From NCBI GenBank assembly GCA_024402005.1, contig JAKSJV010000001.1:1-46956 (forward strand): 46,956 bases of DNA, read 5' to 3'. This stretch comes from Bacteroidales bacterium (GTDB lineage: Bacteria; Bacteroidota; Bacteroidia; Bacteroidales; UBA932). The position numbers were made by a program, and so were the translations under genes. Every line of letters starts with the position of its first letter. Within the stretch, counting starts at the first letter, position 1. This document shows positions 17,298 through 26,789 of this stretch, one piece after another. The notes beneath the pieces were generated by a model that saw only the letters and a list, made by a program, of their open reading frames with translations, did not search any database and was not told the DNA's origin.

Positions 17298-18200
17298 ATG
17301 GACCAACCGAAAATAGAGCGTATGCTGCGCCTGATGTGGCTCCTGGCCAGCAACAAAAACTACACGATAGACGAACTCGGCAGCACACTGCATATGTCAT
17401 ACAGAACAGTGTACCGGTACATCGACACCTTCAAAAACTCCGGATTCGCCGTCATCAAACTCTACGGCAACGTCTATAAGCTCGGCAAAATGCCCAAGTC
17501 CACACCCGACTTCGAAAAGCTCCTCTACTTCTCCGAAGAAGAAGCATACATACTCAACGGCCTCATAGACAGACTCGACCAGACCAACGCCATCAAAGCC
17601 GTCCTCAAAAAGAAACTCTCCGCAATATACAACAGCACCAACATCAGTGAATTCGTCGACAACAAGACGCTCTCGGCAAACCTCGCCAACCTGCGGAAAG
17701 CCATCAATGAAAAACGTGTGGTAAAACTCATCGGGTACGAATCATCCCACAGCGGCACAAAACGCGACAGGATTGTCGAACCATACGGATTCACGACCAA
17801 CGACATCGACGTTCTCGCATACGATTCGCAAGACCTGAAAAACAAAGTCTTCAAAATCGCCAGGATAGAGGAAGTGGAAATCCTCGACAGCCCCTGGGAA
17901 TTCGAGAGCAGCCACAGAAAACAAGGGATGGACATATTCAGGATGTCCGGCCACATAGCAAAGAGAGTCAAGCTCAGGCTCAATATCAGGGCCAAGAACC
18001 TCCTCCGCGAGGAATATCCCCTCGCCGGGAAATATCTCCAGAAAGAAGGCAATTACTGGATACTGGAGACTGATGTCTATGACTATGCCGGAGTATGCCG
18101 CTTCTATGTCGGCCTGGCTGACGAAATCAAGATCATCGACTCCCCGGAATTCGCTGCATACGCCAAAGAATATATGTCCAGGAACATAGCAAAGCTGTAG
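17298..18200 (+). CDS. WYL-domain transcriptional regulator (HTH-WYL-WCX)
   Basis: N-terminal HTH SYRTVYRYIDT; RDRIVEPY and KVFKIARIEEV WYL motifs; C-terminal IKIIDSPE. Confidence 0.9.
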   Translation: MDQPKIERMLRLMWLLASNKNYTIDELGSTLHMSYRTVYRYIDTFKNSGFAVIKLYGNVYKLGKMPKSTPDFEKLLYFSEEEAYILNGLIDRLDQTNAIKAVLKKKLSAIYNSTNISEFVDNKTLSANLANLRKAINEKRVVKLIGYESSHSGTKRDRIVEPYGFTTNDIDVLAYDSQDLKNKVFKIARIEEVEILDSPWEFESSHRKQGMDIFRMSGHIAKRVKLRLNIRAKNLLREEYPLAGKYLQKEGNYWILETDVYDYAGVCRFYVGLADEIKIIDSPEFAAYAKEYMSRNIAKL

Positions 18201-18214
18201 AGCCAGAAAAGCCG

Positions 18215-18478
18215 CTAGCTAATGTAGCAGACTGAATCTTCCGTGGATGTCCTGTCGCAGAGACCGGCAGAATGGAACATCCCCTCGAAACTGAGATCCT
18301 CATCAAGTTGAGGCCAATGAATTCCTGAATAGGAAAGATAGAAATCGTTGAGTTGCTGCTCTGTTGCAGACGCAAGCCTTTTCCAGAGAGAAATAGCATA
18401 ACTTGCCACAAGGCCATCGCTGGTCTGTGCATAAACGTGGCCGGACTCGATCCAAACCTTTGTAATGTAATGCTTCAT
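18215..18478 (-). CDS. DUF2442 family protein (putative antitoxin)
   Basis: RLASATEQQL...GIHWPQLDEDLSFEG; directly downstream of DUF4160. Confidence 0.85.
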   Translation of the reverse strand: MKHYITKVWIESGHVYAQTSDGLVASYAISLWKRLASATEQQLNDFYLSYSGIHWPQLDEDLSFEGMFHSAGLCDRTSTEDSVCYIS

Positions 18479-18479
18479 A

Positions 18480-18722
18480 TTACTTCTCTTGTCTAAAATA
18501 TTCCTGCCACCTTTCTTTGATGACATTGACATTCTCTTCAATTATGCTCTCAATCATCGAAATCTCGTGCTTCTTGAAGCCGTGATTAAAAACCTGCACT
18601 ACAGTCGGTTCTACATTGTATTTTGCCTCGTTACCATCCTTCATCACGTGTACATGAATAGGAGTATGGTCGTCTGAGTAAAACTTGAAAATAAATCCAA
18701 ATACGATGAAAATTGTAGGCAT
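18480..18722 (-). CDS. DUF4160 family protein (putative toxin)
   Basis: MPTI...FYSDDHTPIHVHV...EAKY...WQEYF; minus-strand TATATTTG box at 18743-18750. Confidence 0.85.
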   Translation of the reverse strand: MPTIFIVFGFIFKFYSDDHTPIHVHVMKDGNEAKYNVEPTVVQVFNHGFKKHEISMIESIIEENVNVIKERWQEYFRQEK

Positions 18723-18801
18723 AGATCAAAATCATTTACGGGCAAATATACAAAATTTATGCTTAATTTTCGCAAGGAATATTATTCCAACGCTGGCGGG
18801 C

Positions 18802-18835
18802 TGTCAGAAGTTGTCAATTTCCCAGTATACCTTTG
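18802..18835 (+). promoter_or_regulatory. Promoter with TGTCA-N5-TGTCA motif for the downstream accessory genes
   Basis: TGTCA at 18802 and 18812; TACCTTTG at 18828-18835. Confidence 0.45.
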
Positions 18836-18928
18836 CATCAACATTACAACGATGCATATGGAATACTGGGAATTTTATAACAATGGTGGTGACACCGATG
18901 ACGACTAAACAATATACTTTCACTCAAT

Positions 18929-19327
18929 ATGGATGACAGCGGGATACCTGTTGCGGTACTGATAGTAGTGGCAACAATTATATGCGTTATTATTTTTAGA
19001 AAGATTTTATCGTCTGGCAAGTCAAGCCTAAGGATTGATGAACTAGCAGACAAAATCAAGAATCTTGAAGAAAACAAAGGTGAGGACATCGTGTGTATCC
19101 TCTACAAGTACTATTGGCAGAGGCGCGGCGTTACTCCTATTTCGTGCATACCGAAAAATACATCGGAGGAAAGCTTGAAGAGATTCAAGGAGTATGATGA
19201 ATGGTTCAATAATGGAAAGTCTACCGGTATCGAAAGTGATGCGATTTTCTTCGCTTTACAAAGATATATTTTCGGAGATGTGATATGGACTCTAAAAGAG
19301 CTTGAAGATAAGAAAACTGAACAGTAA
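18929..19327 (+). CDS. Hypothetical protein with N-terminal TM
   Basis: Hydrophobic aa 6-24; stop overlaps the next start. Confidence 0.65.
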   Translation: MDDSGIPVAVLIVVATIICVIIFRKILSSGKSSLRIDELADKIKNLEENKGEDIVCILYKYYWQRRGVTPISCIPKNTSEESLKRFKEYDEWFNNGKSTGIESDAIFFALQRYIFGDVIWTLKELEDKKTEQ

Positions 19328-19563
19328 TGAACAACATCTATAATATCTTCCGGCGCTTCTTGCGCGACAATGGTTGCGAACAGCAGTTCGATGCAGATTT
19401 CTATGAGCAGTGCGGAGCTAATTATCTGGACCAGACATTGGCCGATTATCTGGTCATCGATGAGGCATTTTTCGGGCGAGTATTTCGATGGGACATTACT
19501 CCTGAAGGACGGGAGTTCTGGAAAGAGATGGACAGACGATGGTGGAAACTCTGCACAAAATGA
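19327..19563 (+). CDS. Hypothetical protein (78 aa)
   Basis: TAATG coupling to the previous ORF; FRWDITPEGREFW motif. Confidence 0.65.
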   Translation: MNNIYNIFRRFLRDNGCEQQFDADFYEQCGANYLDQTLADYLVIDEAFFGRVFRWDITPEGREFWKEMDRRWWKLCTK

Positions 19564-19581
19564 ATATATTTGTAACCAGGT

Positions 19582-20718
19582 ATGAGTATGAAAGCAAGCG
19601 ATTTCACAGCATACATTCCATCGGTAAACTCCGCAAGCAGCGTTCCTGATGCCTGCGGGAATTATATCATTGTGTTGAAGGACAGCGCAAAGCTTCCTGA
19701 TATAGGAGTGAAGCCTGTGTTCAAGAAGTTCAACGGAAATGATGTAATTTATACCGGGATTGCCGGTACAAGCCTGCGATCGCGTGATGTGCGCACGCAT
19801 TTCGGCGGTAATGCCGGCCGCTCGACATTGAGGAAGTCTCTCGGATGTCTGTTCGGCTATGAATTCGTCCCCAGAGATACTACTGATCCGAATAACGGCA
19901 AGGTAAAGTTCTGTGAAGAAGATGAAGAGAGGTTGTCTGCCTGGATGAAGAAGAATCTCATCCTGTATTACAACGTGAACAAAGAGTTTGAGAAGCACGA
20001 GTTGGAGCTCATAGAGCAGTATAATCCGCCTCTCAATCTGAAGGACAACAACAGCGACATCAATGCCAAATATCGCGAGCAGTTGAGCAAGCTACGCGCC
20101 AGGAAGCCGAATCTAAAAAAGCAGTTAGCAAAAGCGAAACCCAATGCAAAGGAGACCACATCAAATTCAAGTTACAAGGCGAAGGATGTAACTTACTTCA
20201 CTAATCCTGATGGTAAAAGGATACCTAAAAGCGTCATTGACATCTTAACAAGAAAGCCTGAACCAATTGACCCTTTTTTGAAAGAACGGTTGGAAAAAGA
20301 AAGGATGGAAGGATTAAGGGAAGAAAAAATTGACGAAATCGGATGGAAAGTTCTAGGGTTTATACTCCTTTTCGGTTTTGTCTCATGGATTATCTTTGGT
20401 ATTTCGACTTGTAGCTCTTCTAATGAGGTTACCGGCTATCGTCACTACCCCAGTGTCGAGGAGCGTGAAGATTACCAGGAATATCTGCGTCAGGTTGAGG
20501 AAAGGAAGAAAACGATTGATAGCTATACCCCTCCTGCAGATGGTGCAGAGCGGTTCCGCAGGGCACTCCGTGAAGGCAGCAAGGAAAATAGGCTGATTGA
20601 AAAATTCGACAGAGGGGACTATAAGGATTATTATGAGTACCACGATGGACCCGAAGGGAATATCGGAGACGTGGACTATCACGAGATTGAGGATTATTTC
20701 GGAGGGGAACGGGATTAA
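19582..20718 (+). CDS. GIY-YIG nuclease domain + TM helix + acidic C-terminal region
   Basis: GNYII, IYTGIA, SLRSR, HFGGNAGRSTLRKSLG, ELELIEQYNPPLN; TM VLGFILLFGFVSWIIFGI. Confidence 0.75.
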   Translation: MSMKASDFTAYIPSVNSASSVPDACGNYIIVLKDSAKLPDIGVKPVFKKFNGNDVIYTGIAGTSLRSRDVRTHFGGNAGRSTLRKSLGCLFGYEFVPRDTTDPNNGKVKFCEEDEERLSAWMKKNLILYYNVNKEFEKHELELIEQYNPPLNLKDNNSDINAKYREQLSKLRARKPNLKKQLAKAKPNAKETTSNSSYKAKDVTYFTNPDGKRIPKSVIDILTRKPEPIDPFLKERLEKERMEGLREEKIDEIGWKVLGFILLFGFVSWIIFGISTCSSSNEVTGYRHYPSVEEREDYQEYLRQVEERKKTIDSYTPPADGAERFRRALREGSKENRLIEKFDRGDYKDYYEYHDGPEGNIGDVDYHEIEDYFGGERD

Positions 20719-20742
20719 ACCTATTAAGCAGACTATTTTGCT

Positions 20743-21054
20743 ATGACGGTAATGACGCCCGAATGGGAGAAAATAATGAAGGAGGAGGACCTTCGCAGAC
20801 GTCAGATTATCCGGGACAAACTCGGATTTCAGAAAGGAAGAGGAATACGCCTTCTGTATAAAGGTGCCTACGAACTTCCAAACGGCAAAGGATATTATGT
20901 GTACACCATTATTGAGCCATCAATGGAAGGCAGGAAAACCGGTCTCATACCCTATGTCCTGTGCAGCGTCTACAATTACAGCTGCCGGAAAGCTATCGGA
21001 GACGAATGCCTTGGACTGATGGCAGACGAATTTCCGCAACTTTATATAGATTGA
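20743..21054 (+). CDS. Hypothetical protein
   Basis: 103-aa ORF filling the gap, 4 nt before the phosphatase gene. Confidence 0.6.
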   Translation: MTVMTPEWEKIMKEEDLRRRQIIRDKLGFQKGRGIRLLYKGAYELPNGKGYYVYTIIEPSMEGRKTGLIPYVLCSVYNYSCRKAIGDECLGLMADEFPQLYID

Positions 21055-21058
21055 TGCA

Positions 21059-21511
21059 ATGCGTCGAATCCTATTCATATGTCACGGTAATATATGCCGC
21101 AGTCCGATGGCAGAGTTCATCTTGAAGGCCCTTGTGAGAGCAAAGGGCCTGGAGGACCTGTATTATATCGAGAGTGCGGCCGTGTCGACCGAGGAGGTTT
21201 GCAATCCGATATATCCGCCGGCAAAGCGCTGCCTTGCCAATCACGGGGTAGTGTTCGATGCCGGGAAACGGGCAAGGCAGGTTACGCCTGAGGACTATGA
21301 CCGCTTCGACCGGCTTATCTGTATGGACTCCAGCAATCTGCGCCTGTTGCGTCGCATCATTCCGGATGATCCGCAGAAGAAAGTGCATCTGTTGATGTCC
21401 TACACCGGGCAGGGACGCGATGTGGCGGATCCGTGGTACACCGGTGATTTTGAGACTACCTTTCAGGATATCCTCGAAGGCTGCGAGGCAATGTTAAGAC
21501 TACCGCAATGA
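21059..21511 (+). CDS. Low molecular weight protein-tyrosine phosphatase
   Basis: CHGNICRS P-loop and DPWY motif. Confidence 0.95.
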   Translation: MRRILFICHGNICRSPMAEFILKALVRAKGLEDLYYIESAAVSTEEVCNPIYPPAKRCLANHGVVFDAGKRARQVTPEDYDRFDRLICMDSSNLRLLRRIIPDDPQKKVHLLMSYTGQGRDVADPWYTGDFETTFQDILEGCEAMLRLPQ

Positions 21512-21960
21512 GACTTGTAATTCAGAGAGTAAAGGAAGCATCCGTCACAATTGACGGCAAGGTGGTATCCTCCATCAGGCAGGGTCTGTTCATACTTGTC
21601 GGAGTGGAGAATGGCGACACTGAGGCTGATATGGAGTGGCTGGCGGCGAAGGTGGCCGGGCTTCGCATATTCAATGACGAGGAGGGCGTGATGAACCGCA
21701 GCGTTGTTGATGTGGACGGACAACTGCTGGCTGTGTCTCAGTTTACGCTCACTGCTTCCACAAAGAAAGGTAACCGGCCGTCCTATTTCCGGGCGGCGGG
21801 TCACGAACTGGCCGTGCCGTTGTATGACAAGTTCTGCATCCGCCTTTCCGAAATCGCAGGCAGGCCCGTACAGAAAGGCGTTTTCGGCGCTGATATGCAA
21901 TGCGCCCTTATTAATGACGGTCCGGTCACAATAATAATAGATTCTCGAATAAAAGAATAA
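21508..21960 (+). CDS. dtd: D-aminoacyl-tRNA deacylase
   Basis: [25 protein letters not shown]. Confidence 0.97.
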   Translation: MRLVIQRVKEASVTIDGKVVSSIRQGLFILVGVENGDTEADMEWLAAKVAGLRIFNDEEGVMNRSVVDVDGQLLAVSQFTLTASTKKGNRPSYFRAAGHELAVPLYDKFCIRLSEIAGRPVQKGVFGADMQCALINDGPVTIIIDSRIKE

Positions 21961-22150
21961 CCGAGAATCAAGAAGGTATTTCAAAAAAGAAAATGCCTGA
22001 TACTACCCTTTGAGACCAAAGTATCAATTAAGGAGAAATGGAACCCTTGTATTCTCCGGCTGTTGCCGCAAAGGTAGTAAAAAATCAAAGATTTATCTTA
22101 TATTTGCTTTGAAACACCCGGTTCGTTTTAATCATTCCAAAACTTTCATT

Positions 22151-22363
22151 ATGCCCACATTCAAGCAATGGCGAGACCATAAAAATATCTACTGTGTTGT
22201 TGATTGCTGTTTACCTGCGGTTCGGTTCACGTTCTCTGAGAAGGGAATAGTTTCCTGTATCCTTCCAGACGGCCAAACTATCTCTGTTGGAGATAAGCTT
22301 AACGGAAAGACCGTGCAGTCGATACAGAATAATAGTGGCTCAAAAATGGTAATGACTGATTAA
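22151..22363 (+). CDS. Small hypothetical protein (70 aa)
   Basis: ATG 22151 downstream of TATATTTG (22099-22106); followed by a terminator. Confidence 0.45.
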   Translation: MPTFKQWRDHKNIYCVVDCCLPAVRFTFSEKGIVSCILPDGQTISVGDKLNGKTVQSIQNNSGSKMVMTD

Positions 22364-22396
22364 CGAACCATTTACATGAAGCCCTTTTACTATAAA

Positions 22397-22435
22397 AAAA
22401 TCAGGCAGCTGCAAAACTCGTAACTGCCTGATTTT
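22397..22435. terminator. Bidirectional intrinsic terminator downstream of the tRNAs
   Basis: AAAATCAGGCAG...CTGCCTGATTTT with A/T tracts on both sides. Confidence 0.75.
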
Positions 22436-22448
22436 CTTTGAGGTTATT

Positions 22449-22525
22449 TGGTAGCGGGACCCAGGATTGAACTGGGGACCTCATGATTATGAATCATGCG
22501 CTCTAACCAGCTGAGCTATCCCGCC
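22449..22525 (-). tRNA. tRNA-Met (CAT), probably elongator
   Basis: GGCGGGATAGCTCAGCTGGTTAGAGCGCATGATTCATAATCATGAGGTCCCCAGTTCAATCCTGGGTCCCGCTACCA; cloverleaf with encoded CCA. Confidence 0.93.
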
Positions 22526-22551
22526 ATTGTGCGGACATAGCCGGGATTTTG

Positions 22552-22622
22552 TTGAGATAGACGGATTCGAACCGCCACTAAGAGGACCAGAATCTCTTGT
22601 GCTGCCATTACACCATATCTCA
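22552..22622 (-). tRNA. tRNA-Gln (CTG)
   Basis: TGAGATATGGTGTAATGGCAGCACAAGAGATTCTGGTCCTCTTAGTGGCGGTTCGAATCCGTCTATCTCAA; CCA not encoded. Confidence 0.93.
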
Positions 22623-22653
22623 ATTTAAAGAACTATCCCCGTGATAGGGACTG

Positions 22654-22684
22654 CAAAAATACAACTATTTTGAGAAATAGCAAA
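22654..22684 (-). promoter_or_regulatory. tRNA operon promoter (-33 TTTG / -7 TATTTTTG)
   Basis: Minus-strand TTTG at 22684-22681 and TATTTTTG at 22661-22654, 19-nt spacer. Confidence 0.7.
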
Positions 22685-23165
22685 ACTTTTTTTCCAACAG
22701 GCACACCGCCCAGACTTCGCATCCCTCGCCGCGTCCGACAAAGCCAAGGCGCTCGGTTGTAGTTGCTTTCACGCTTATCCGCCCTACGGAGCAGCCCAGG
22801 ACTTCCGCAAGCGTAGAGCGCATATTGTCGATCAGCGGCCGCAGCTTCGGGCTCTGGAGGGCTATGGTGATATCAACGTTGCCGATACGGTATCCGCGGG
22901 AGCGCACCATATCCATCACCCGGCGCAGAAGAATCTTGCTGTCGATGCCGGCAAAAGCCTCGTCGGAATCCGGAAAATGCAGGCCGATGTCCCCGAGGCC
23001 GAGAGCTCCGAGCAGCGCATCGCAAAGGGCGTGAATCGCAACGTCTCCGTCTGAATGTGCCACAAACCCTTTTTCGGACGGCACCTGAACCCCGCATAGC
23101 CACATAGGCAGCCCGTCGGCAATTGCGTGCACGTCATATCCCTGTCCAATTTTGAAATCAGCCAT
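22665..23165 (-). CDS. ispF: 2-C-methyl-D-erythritol 2,4-cyclodiphosphate synthase
   Basis: IGQGYDVH, HSDGDV, GDIGLHFP, KATTTERLGFVGRGEG; start at MADFK. Confidence 0.97.
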   Translation of the reverse strand: MADFKIGQGYDVHAIADGLPMWLCGVQVPSEKGFVAHSDGDVAIHALCDALLGALGLGDIGLHFPDSDEAFAGIDSKILLRRVMDMVRSRGYRIGNVDITIALQSPKLRPLIDNMRSTLAEVLGCSVGRISVKATTTERLGFVGRGEGCEVWAVCLLEKKFCYFSK

Positions 23166-23238
23166 AGCAGTAATTTTTACAAAAGTAAAAAGAATTGTGT
23201 AACTTTGCAATTCACGCGTACAGACACAGGTAAGGTCT

Positions 23239-23634
23239 ATGGGATTCAATTTCAATTTCTTCGGCGAAACGGAGCACAGGGTGTTCAACTACAAGCCGAT
23301 ATATTTCGACCCCGAGAAGGAGGAGCGCAGGCGCTTCTTCGGTGACCACGGTCAGGAAGGCAAGGCTGGCGGGCAGGAAGAGGCCGCGAACCGGAATGCC
23401 GCAGCATCGGCAGAGGCCGCAAACCAGGATACATCGGCGCAGGGCAAGGCCGCCGGAGAGGAGCCATATACTCCGGGAAAATATATCCAGGGCAGTTTCC
23501 GTGATGGCAATTACCAGCGGTTAAGGACATCCTCGTCAACAAAGGCCCAGAAGGTGATAGGTATTGTCGGCCTGGTTCTGTTCTTCGTCGTGCTGTATTA
23601 CATTGCGCAGTTTTACGGACTTATTCTGAAATAG
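23239..23634 (+). CDS. Hypothetical protein with C-terminal TM
   Basis: FNYKPIYFDPEKE motif, Ala/Gly-rich middle, C-terminal TM; TAACTTTG box at 23200-23207. Confidence 0.8.
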   Translation: MGFNFNFFGETEHRVFNYKPIYFDPEKEERRRFFGDHGQEGKAGGQEEAANRNAAASAEAANQDTSAQGKAAGEEPYTPGKYIQGSFRDGNYQRLRTSSSTKAQKVIGIVGLVLFFVVLYYIAQFYGLILK

Positions 23635-23637
23635 ACG

Positions 23638-25479
23638 ATGGACATCCGCATACTTCCTTCAAACATAGCGAATATGATTGCCGCCGGCGAGGTCGTACAG
23701 AGGCCTGCTTCGGTGGTCAAGGAACTGATGGAAAACGCCGTGGATGCAGGTGCCACCAGGATTGACGTGGTGGTCGTGGACTCGGGTCGCACGCTGATAC
23801 AGGTCATAGACAACGGATGCGGAATGACCGCCGATGAGGCTGTGCTCTGTTTCCAGCGTCACGCCACCAGCAAGATCGCCACTGCGGAGGACTTGCAGAA
23901 GATAGAGACTTTCGGTTTCAGGGGAGAGGCGCTTCCGTCCATCGCTTCGGTTGCGGAGGTTACGCTCCGTACAAGGACGGCAGATGCGGAGGTAGGTACG
24001 GAAGTGACCATTACCGATGCGACGGCCGAAACCCCGGGCAAACAGGATATAAAGGAGGTCGCTACCCCCAAGGGGTCGTCCTTTGCCGTTCGCAACCTTT
24101 ATTACAATACGCCGGCCCGCAGGAAATTCCTCAAGTCTGATGCCGCAGAGCTCAAGGCGGTGATAGCCGAGTTTCTCAAAGTGGCGCTCAGCAGGCCCGG
24201 GATAGCTTTCTGCCTGAATTCAAACGGCAGGGATTTCTATCGCATAGGCCCCGCACAGACATTGAAATATCGCATACGCGACCTGTTCGGCGAGGCCGTC
24301 ACGTCCGATATGCTGCCCGTAGAGGCCGGAACGTCAGTCGCAGCGATAAGCGGTTTCGTCGGCAGGCCCGATGCCGCCCACAAGACGGCTTCAAACCAGT
24401 ATTTCTTTGTAAACGGGCGCTATTTCCGCAGCCCGTATCTGCACAAGGCGGTTATGAAGGCGTATGAAAATCTGCTTCCGGATGCCCTCGCTCCTTCATA
24501 TTTCATTTATCTGGACGTGGATCCTCATTCCATAGACATAAACGTTCATCCCACAAAGACGGAAATAAAGTTCGAGGATGACAATGTTCTGTTTACGGTA
24601 CTTATGGCTGCGGTCAAGGAAGCCCTGGGACGCGAGTCTTTCGGAGACAGGATAGAGTTCGAGAGGGACGGAATCCCTGAAATAAGGAATATAGGTTCGT
24701 CATTTGCCGAGTATCATCCCGTGCAGGAACCGTCTTCCGGAGGAAACAACGATTTCAATCCCTTTGACAGTGACGGATTTCCCAACCAGCAGGAGTGGGA
24801 GCCGGGCCGGAGCGATACCGCAGCTGCGAAGGGTGGCGCCGGTTATCAGGGACACCGTTCCATAGGCGACGGCGACCTGTCAAAACTGTTCGAACGCGAG
24901 ATTCAGGCCCAGCCGCAACGGCAGATTATGCTCAGCGGCAGATATATTCTCCGCGGTGCTCCTTCCGGTTTTATGCTGGTCGATGCCGTCCGCGCAATGC
25001 AGCGCATTATGTACGAGCAGTTCGTGGATGCAATGTCGAAGGACGTTCCGGTGACACAGTCCTGTATGTTCCCGATAAAGGTGGAGATAGGGATGGAGAA
25101 CATACCTGTCCTCGAGGCCAACGAACAGCTTCTTCATAGAATGGGATTTGACTTTTCTTCCCTCGGAGGAGGTACGATAGCGATAAACGGCATACCCGAA
25201 GGCCTCGCTGATGACAAAATGGCAGTGACGGCCCTGATGTTCGAAATAGTGACTGCGTTGAACAACGAACAGACGGCGGTTATCGCCTCCCTGTATGCTC
25301 CATTGGCCGAAAGGCTGGCCTGGAGTGCCGCGCGCGGCATGCAACTTCCATCCACGCAGGAGGAGGCGGGCACGGTTATTGACAGACTGTATGCCTGTGA
25401 AAACCCCGAATACACTTCTGACGGCAAGCGGACCGTGGCGGTCCTTCGTCAGGAGGATTTGGAAAAACTTTTGAAATAA
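23638..25479 (+). CDS. mutL: DNA mismatch repair protein MutL
   Basis: IAAGEVVQRP, ELMENAVDAGA, DNGCGM, HATSK, GFRGEAL, DINVHPTK. Confidence 0.97.
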   Translation: MDIRILPSNIANMIAAGEVVQRPASVVKELMENAVDAGATRIDVVVVDSGRTLIQVIDNGCGMTADEAVLCFQRHATSKIATAEDLQKIETFGFRGEALPSIASVAEVTLRTRTADAEVGTEVTITDATAETPGKQDIKEVATPKGSSFAVRNLYYNTPARRKFLKSDAAELKAVIAEFLKVALSRPGIAFCLNSNGRDFYRIGPAQTLKYRIRDLFGEAVTSDMLPVEAGTSVAAISGFVGRPDAAHKTASNQYFFVNGRYFRSPYLHKAVMKAYENLLPDALAPSYFIYLDVDPHSIDINVHPTKTEIKFEDDNVLFTVLMAAVKEALGRESFGDRIEFERDGIPEIRNIGSSFAEYHPVQEPSSGGNNDFNPFDSDGFPNQQEWEPGRSDTAAAKGGAGYQGHRSIGDGDLSKLFEREIQAQPQRQIMLSGRYILRGAPSGFMLVDAVRAMQRIMYEQFVDAMSKDVPVTQSCMFPIKVEIGMENIPVLEANEQLLHRMGFDFSSLGGGTIAINGIPEGLADDKMAVTALMFEIVTALNNEQTAVIASLYAPLAERLAWSAARGMQLPSTQEEAGTVIDRLYACENPEYTSDGKRTVAVLRQEDLEKLLK

Positions 25480-26180
25480 TGCAGTATTCCTACAATAGGG
25501 GAGGGTTCTTCAGCAATCTTCCCACCGTTACGAAGAACATCCTGATCATCAACGTATTTATGATGATCTTCACCAAACTCCGTCCTGATTTCATGTACGG
25601 AATGTTCGCCCTGTATTATCCGACGTCCCCGCTTTTCGAATGGTGGCAGCCGGTGACCCATATGTTTATGCACGGCGGCTGGTGGCATCTTTTCCTTAAT
25701 ATGTTCACCTTCCTGATGTTCGGATGCACCCTGGAGCGTCAATGGGGCCCGAAGAAGTTCCTGCTGTTCTATTTCATCACGGGACTCGGCGCCGCAGCGC
25801 TGCATATGGGGGTGATGTATCTGCAGATGCACCATTATCTTGGCCTTGTCGCAGAGGGCGGTGTTGCCGCCGCAGGGGCAAGAGCTTCAATCAGGGCGTT
25901 GAACTCCCTGCCTATGGTGGGCGCCTCAGGTGCCATCTACGGCGTCCTGATGGGGTTCGCGATGCTTTTCCCCGACACTGTGATGGTGCTGCTTTTCCCG
26001 CCCATTCCGCTGAAGGCCAAATGGTGGATACTTATATTCGTTGCCATAGAACTATTCACCGGTATTTTCGAACTTCACGACGGTGTAGCGCATTTCGCGC
26101 ACCTGGGCGGTATGTTGCTGGGATGGCTGATGATAAAGTACTGGAAAAGCAAAGGTACGATGTATCAATATGAACAGTAA
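25479..26180 (+). CDS. Rhomboid intramembrane serine protease
   Basis: HMFMHGG..HL..NM, GASG, AHFAHLGG. Confidence 0.95.
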   Translation: MQYSYNRGGFFSNLPTVTKNILIINVFMMIFTKLRPDFMYGMFALYYPTSPLFEWWQPVTHMFMHGGWWHLFLNMFTFLMFGCTLERQWGPKKFLLFYFITGLGAAALHMGVMYLQMHHYLGLVAEGGVAAAGARASIRALNSLPMVGASGAIYGVLMGFAMLFPDTVMVLLFPPIPLKAKWWILIFVAIELFTGIFELHDGVAHFAHLGGMLLGWLMIKYWKSKGTMYQYEQ

Positions 26181-26775
26181 TGTAGAAGAGGCCGTGCGCG
26201 TGCTGCGCAAGGGAGGCCTGATCCTTTATCCCACGGACACCATATGGGGCATCGGCTGCGACGCCCGCAACGAGGATGCCGTAAGGCGCGTATTCGAACT
26301 CAAGCAGCGTGCGGACAGCAAGTCCCTGGTACTGCTTGCGCGCGACGAGGCGATGATAGGTGAATATGTGGAGGAGATTCCCGAAATGGCACTCCAGCTG
26401 CTCGAAGTCAATGATGCTCCGATGACCATCATATATCCCGGAGCCCGCATCGCACATCCCGTAGGCAAGAGCGGCAAGCTCGGGGATGGTCTTGCGCCGT
26501 CCTGTGTGGCCGCCGATGGGACCACAGGTATGCGTATTCCTCACGCTTCCGGATTCTGTATGGAGCTTCTGAAGGCGTTCGGCGCCCCGATAGTAAGCAC
26601 TTCCGCCAATATTTCCGGCAATCCGTCCCCGAAAAGCTTCGATGACGTCGATGCCGCCATCAAAGCCGGTGTGGACCATATTGTGGCCCGTGAATGTGAA
26701 GGCGTTTCAACGGGAGCCGCCAGCCAGATCATAAAGGTGGATATGGACGGTGGAATAAAGATAATACGCGGCTGA
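26170..26775 (+). CDS. tsaC: L-threonylcarbamoyladenylate synthase (Sua5/YrdC)
   Basis: YPTDTIWGIGC, K.R, RIP, STSANISG. Confidence 0.92.
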   Translation: MNSNVEEAVRVLRKGGLILYPTDTIWGIGCDARNEDAVRRVFELKQRADSKSLVLLARDEAMIGEYVEEIPEMALQLLEVNDAPMTIIYPGARIAHPVGKSGKLGDGLAPSCVAADGTTGMRIPHASGFCMELLKAFGAPIVSTSANISGNPSPKSFDDVDAAIKAGVDHIVARECEGVSTGAASQIIKVDMDGGIKIIRG

Positions 26776-26789
26776 AAACAGTTGGGACT

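Noticed and set aside
22449-22525. tRNA-Met as integration site of the defence island
   Set aside because: No duplicated tRNA 3' end or integrase seen, and housekeeping genes lie between the tRNA and the island.
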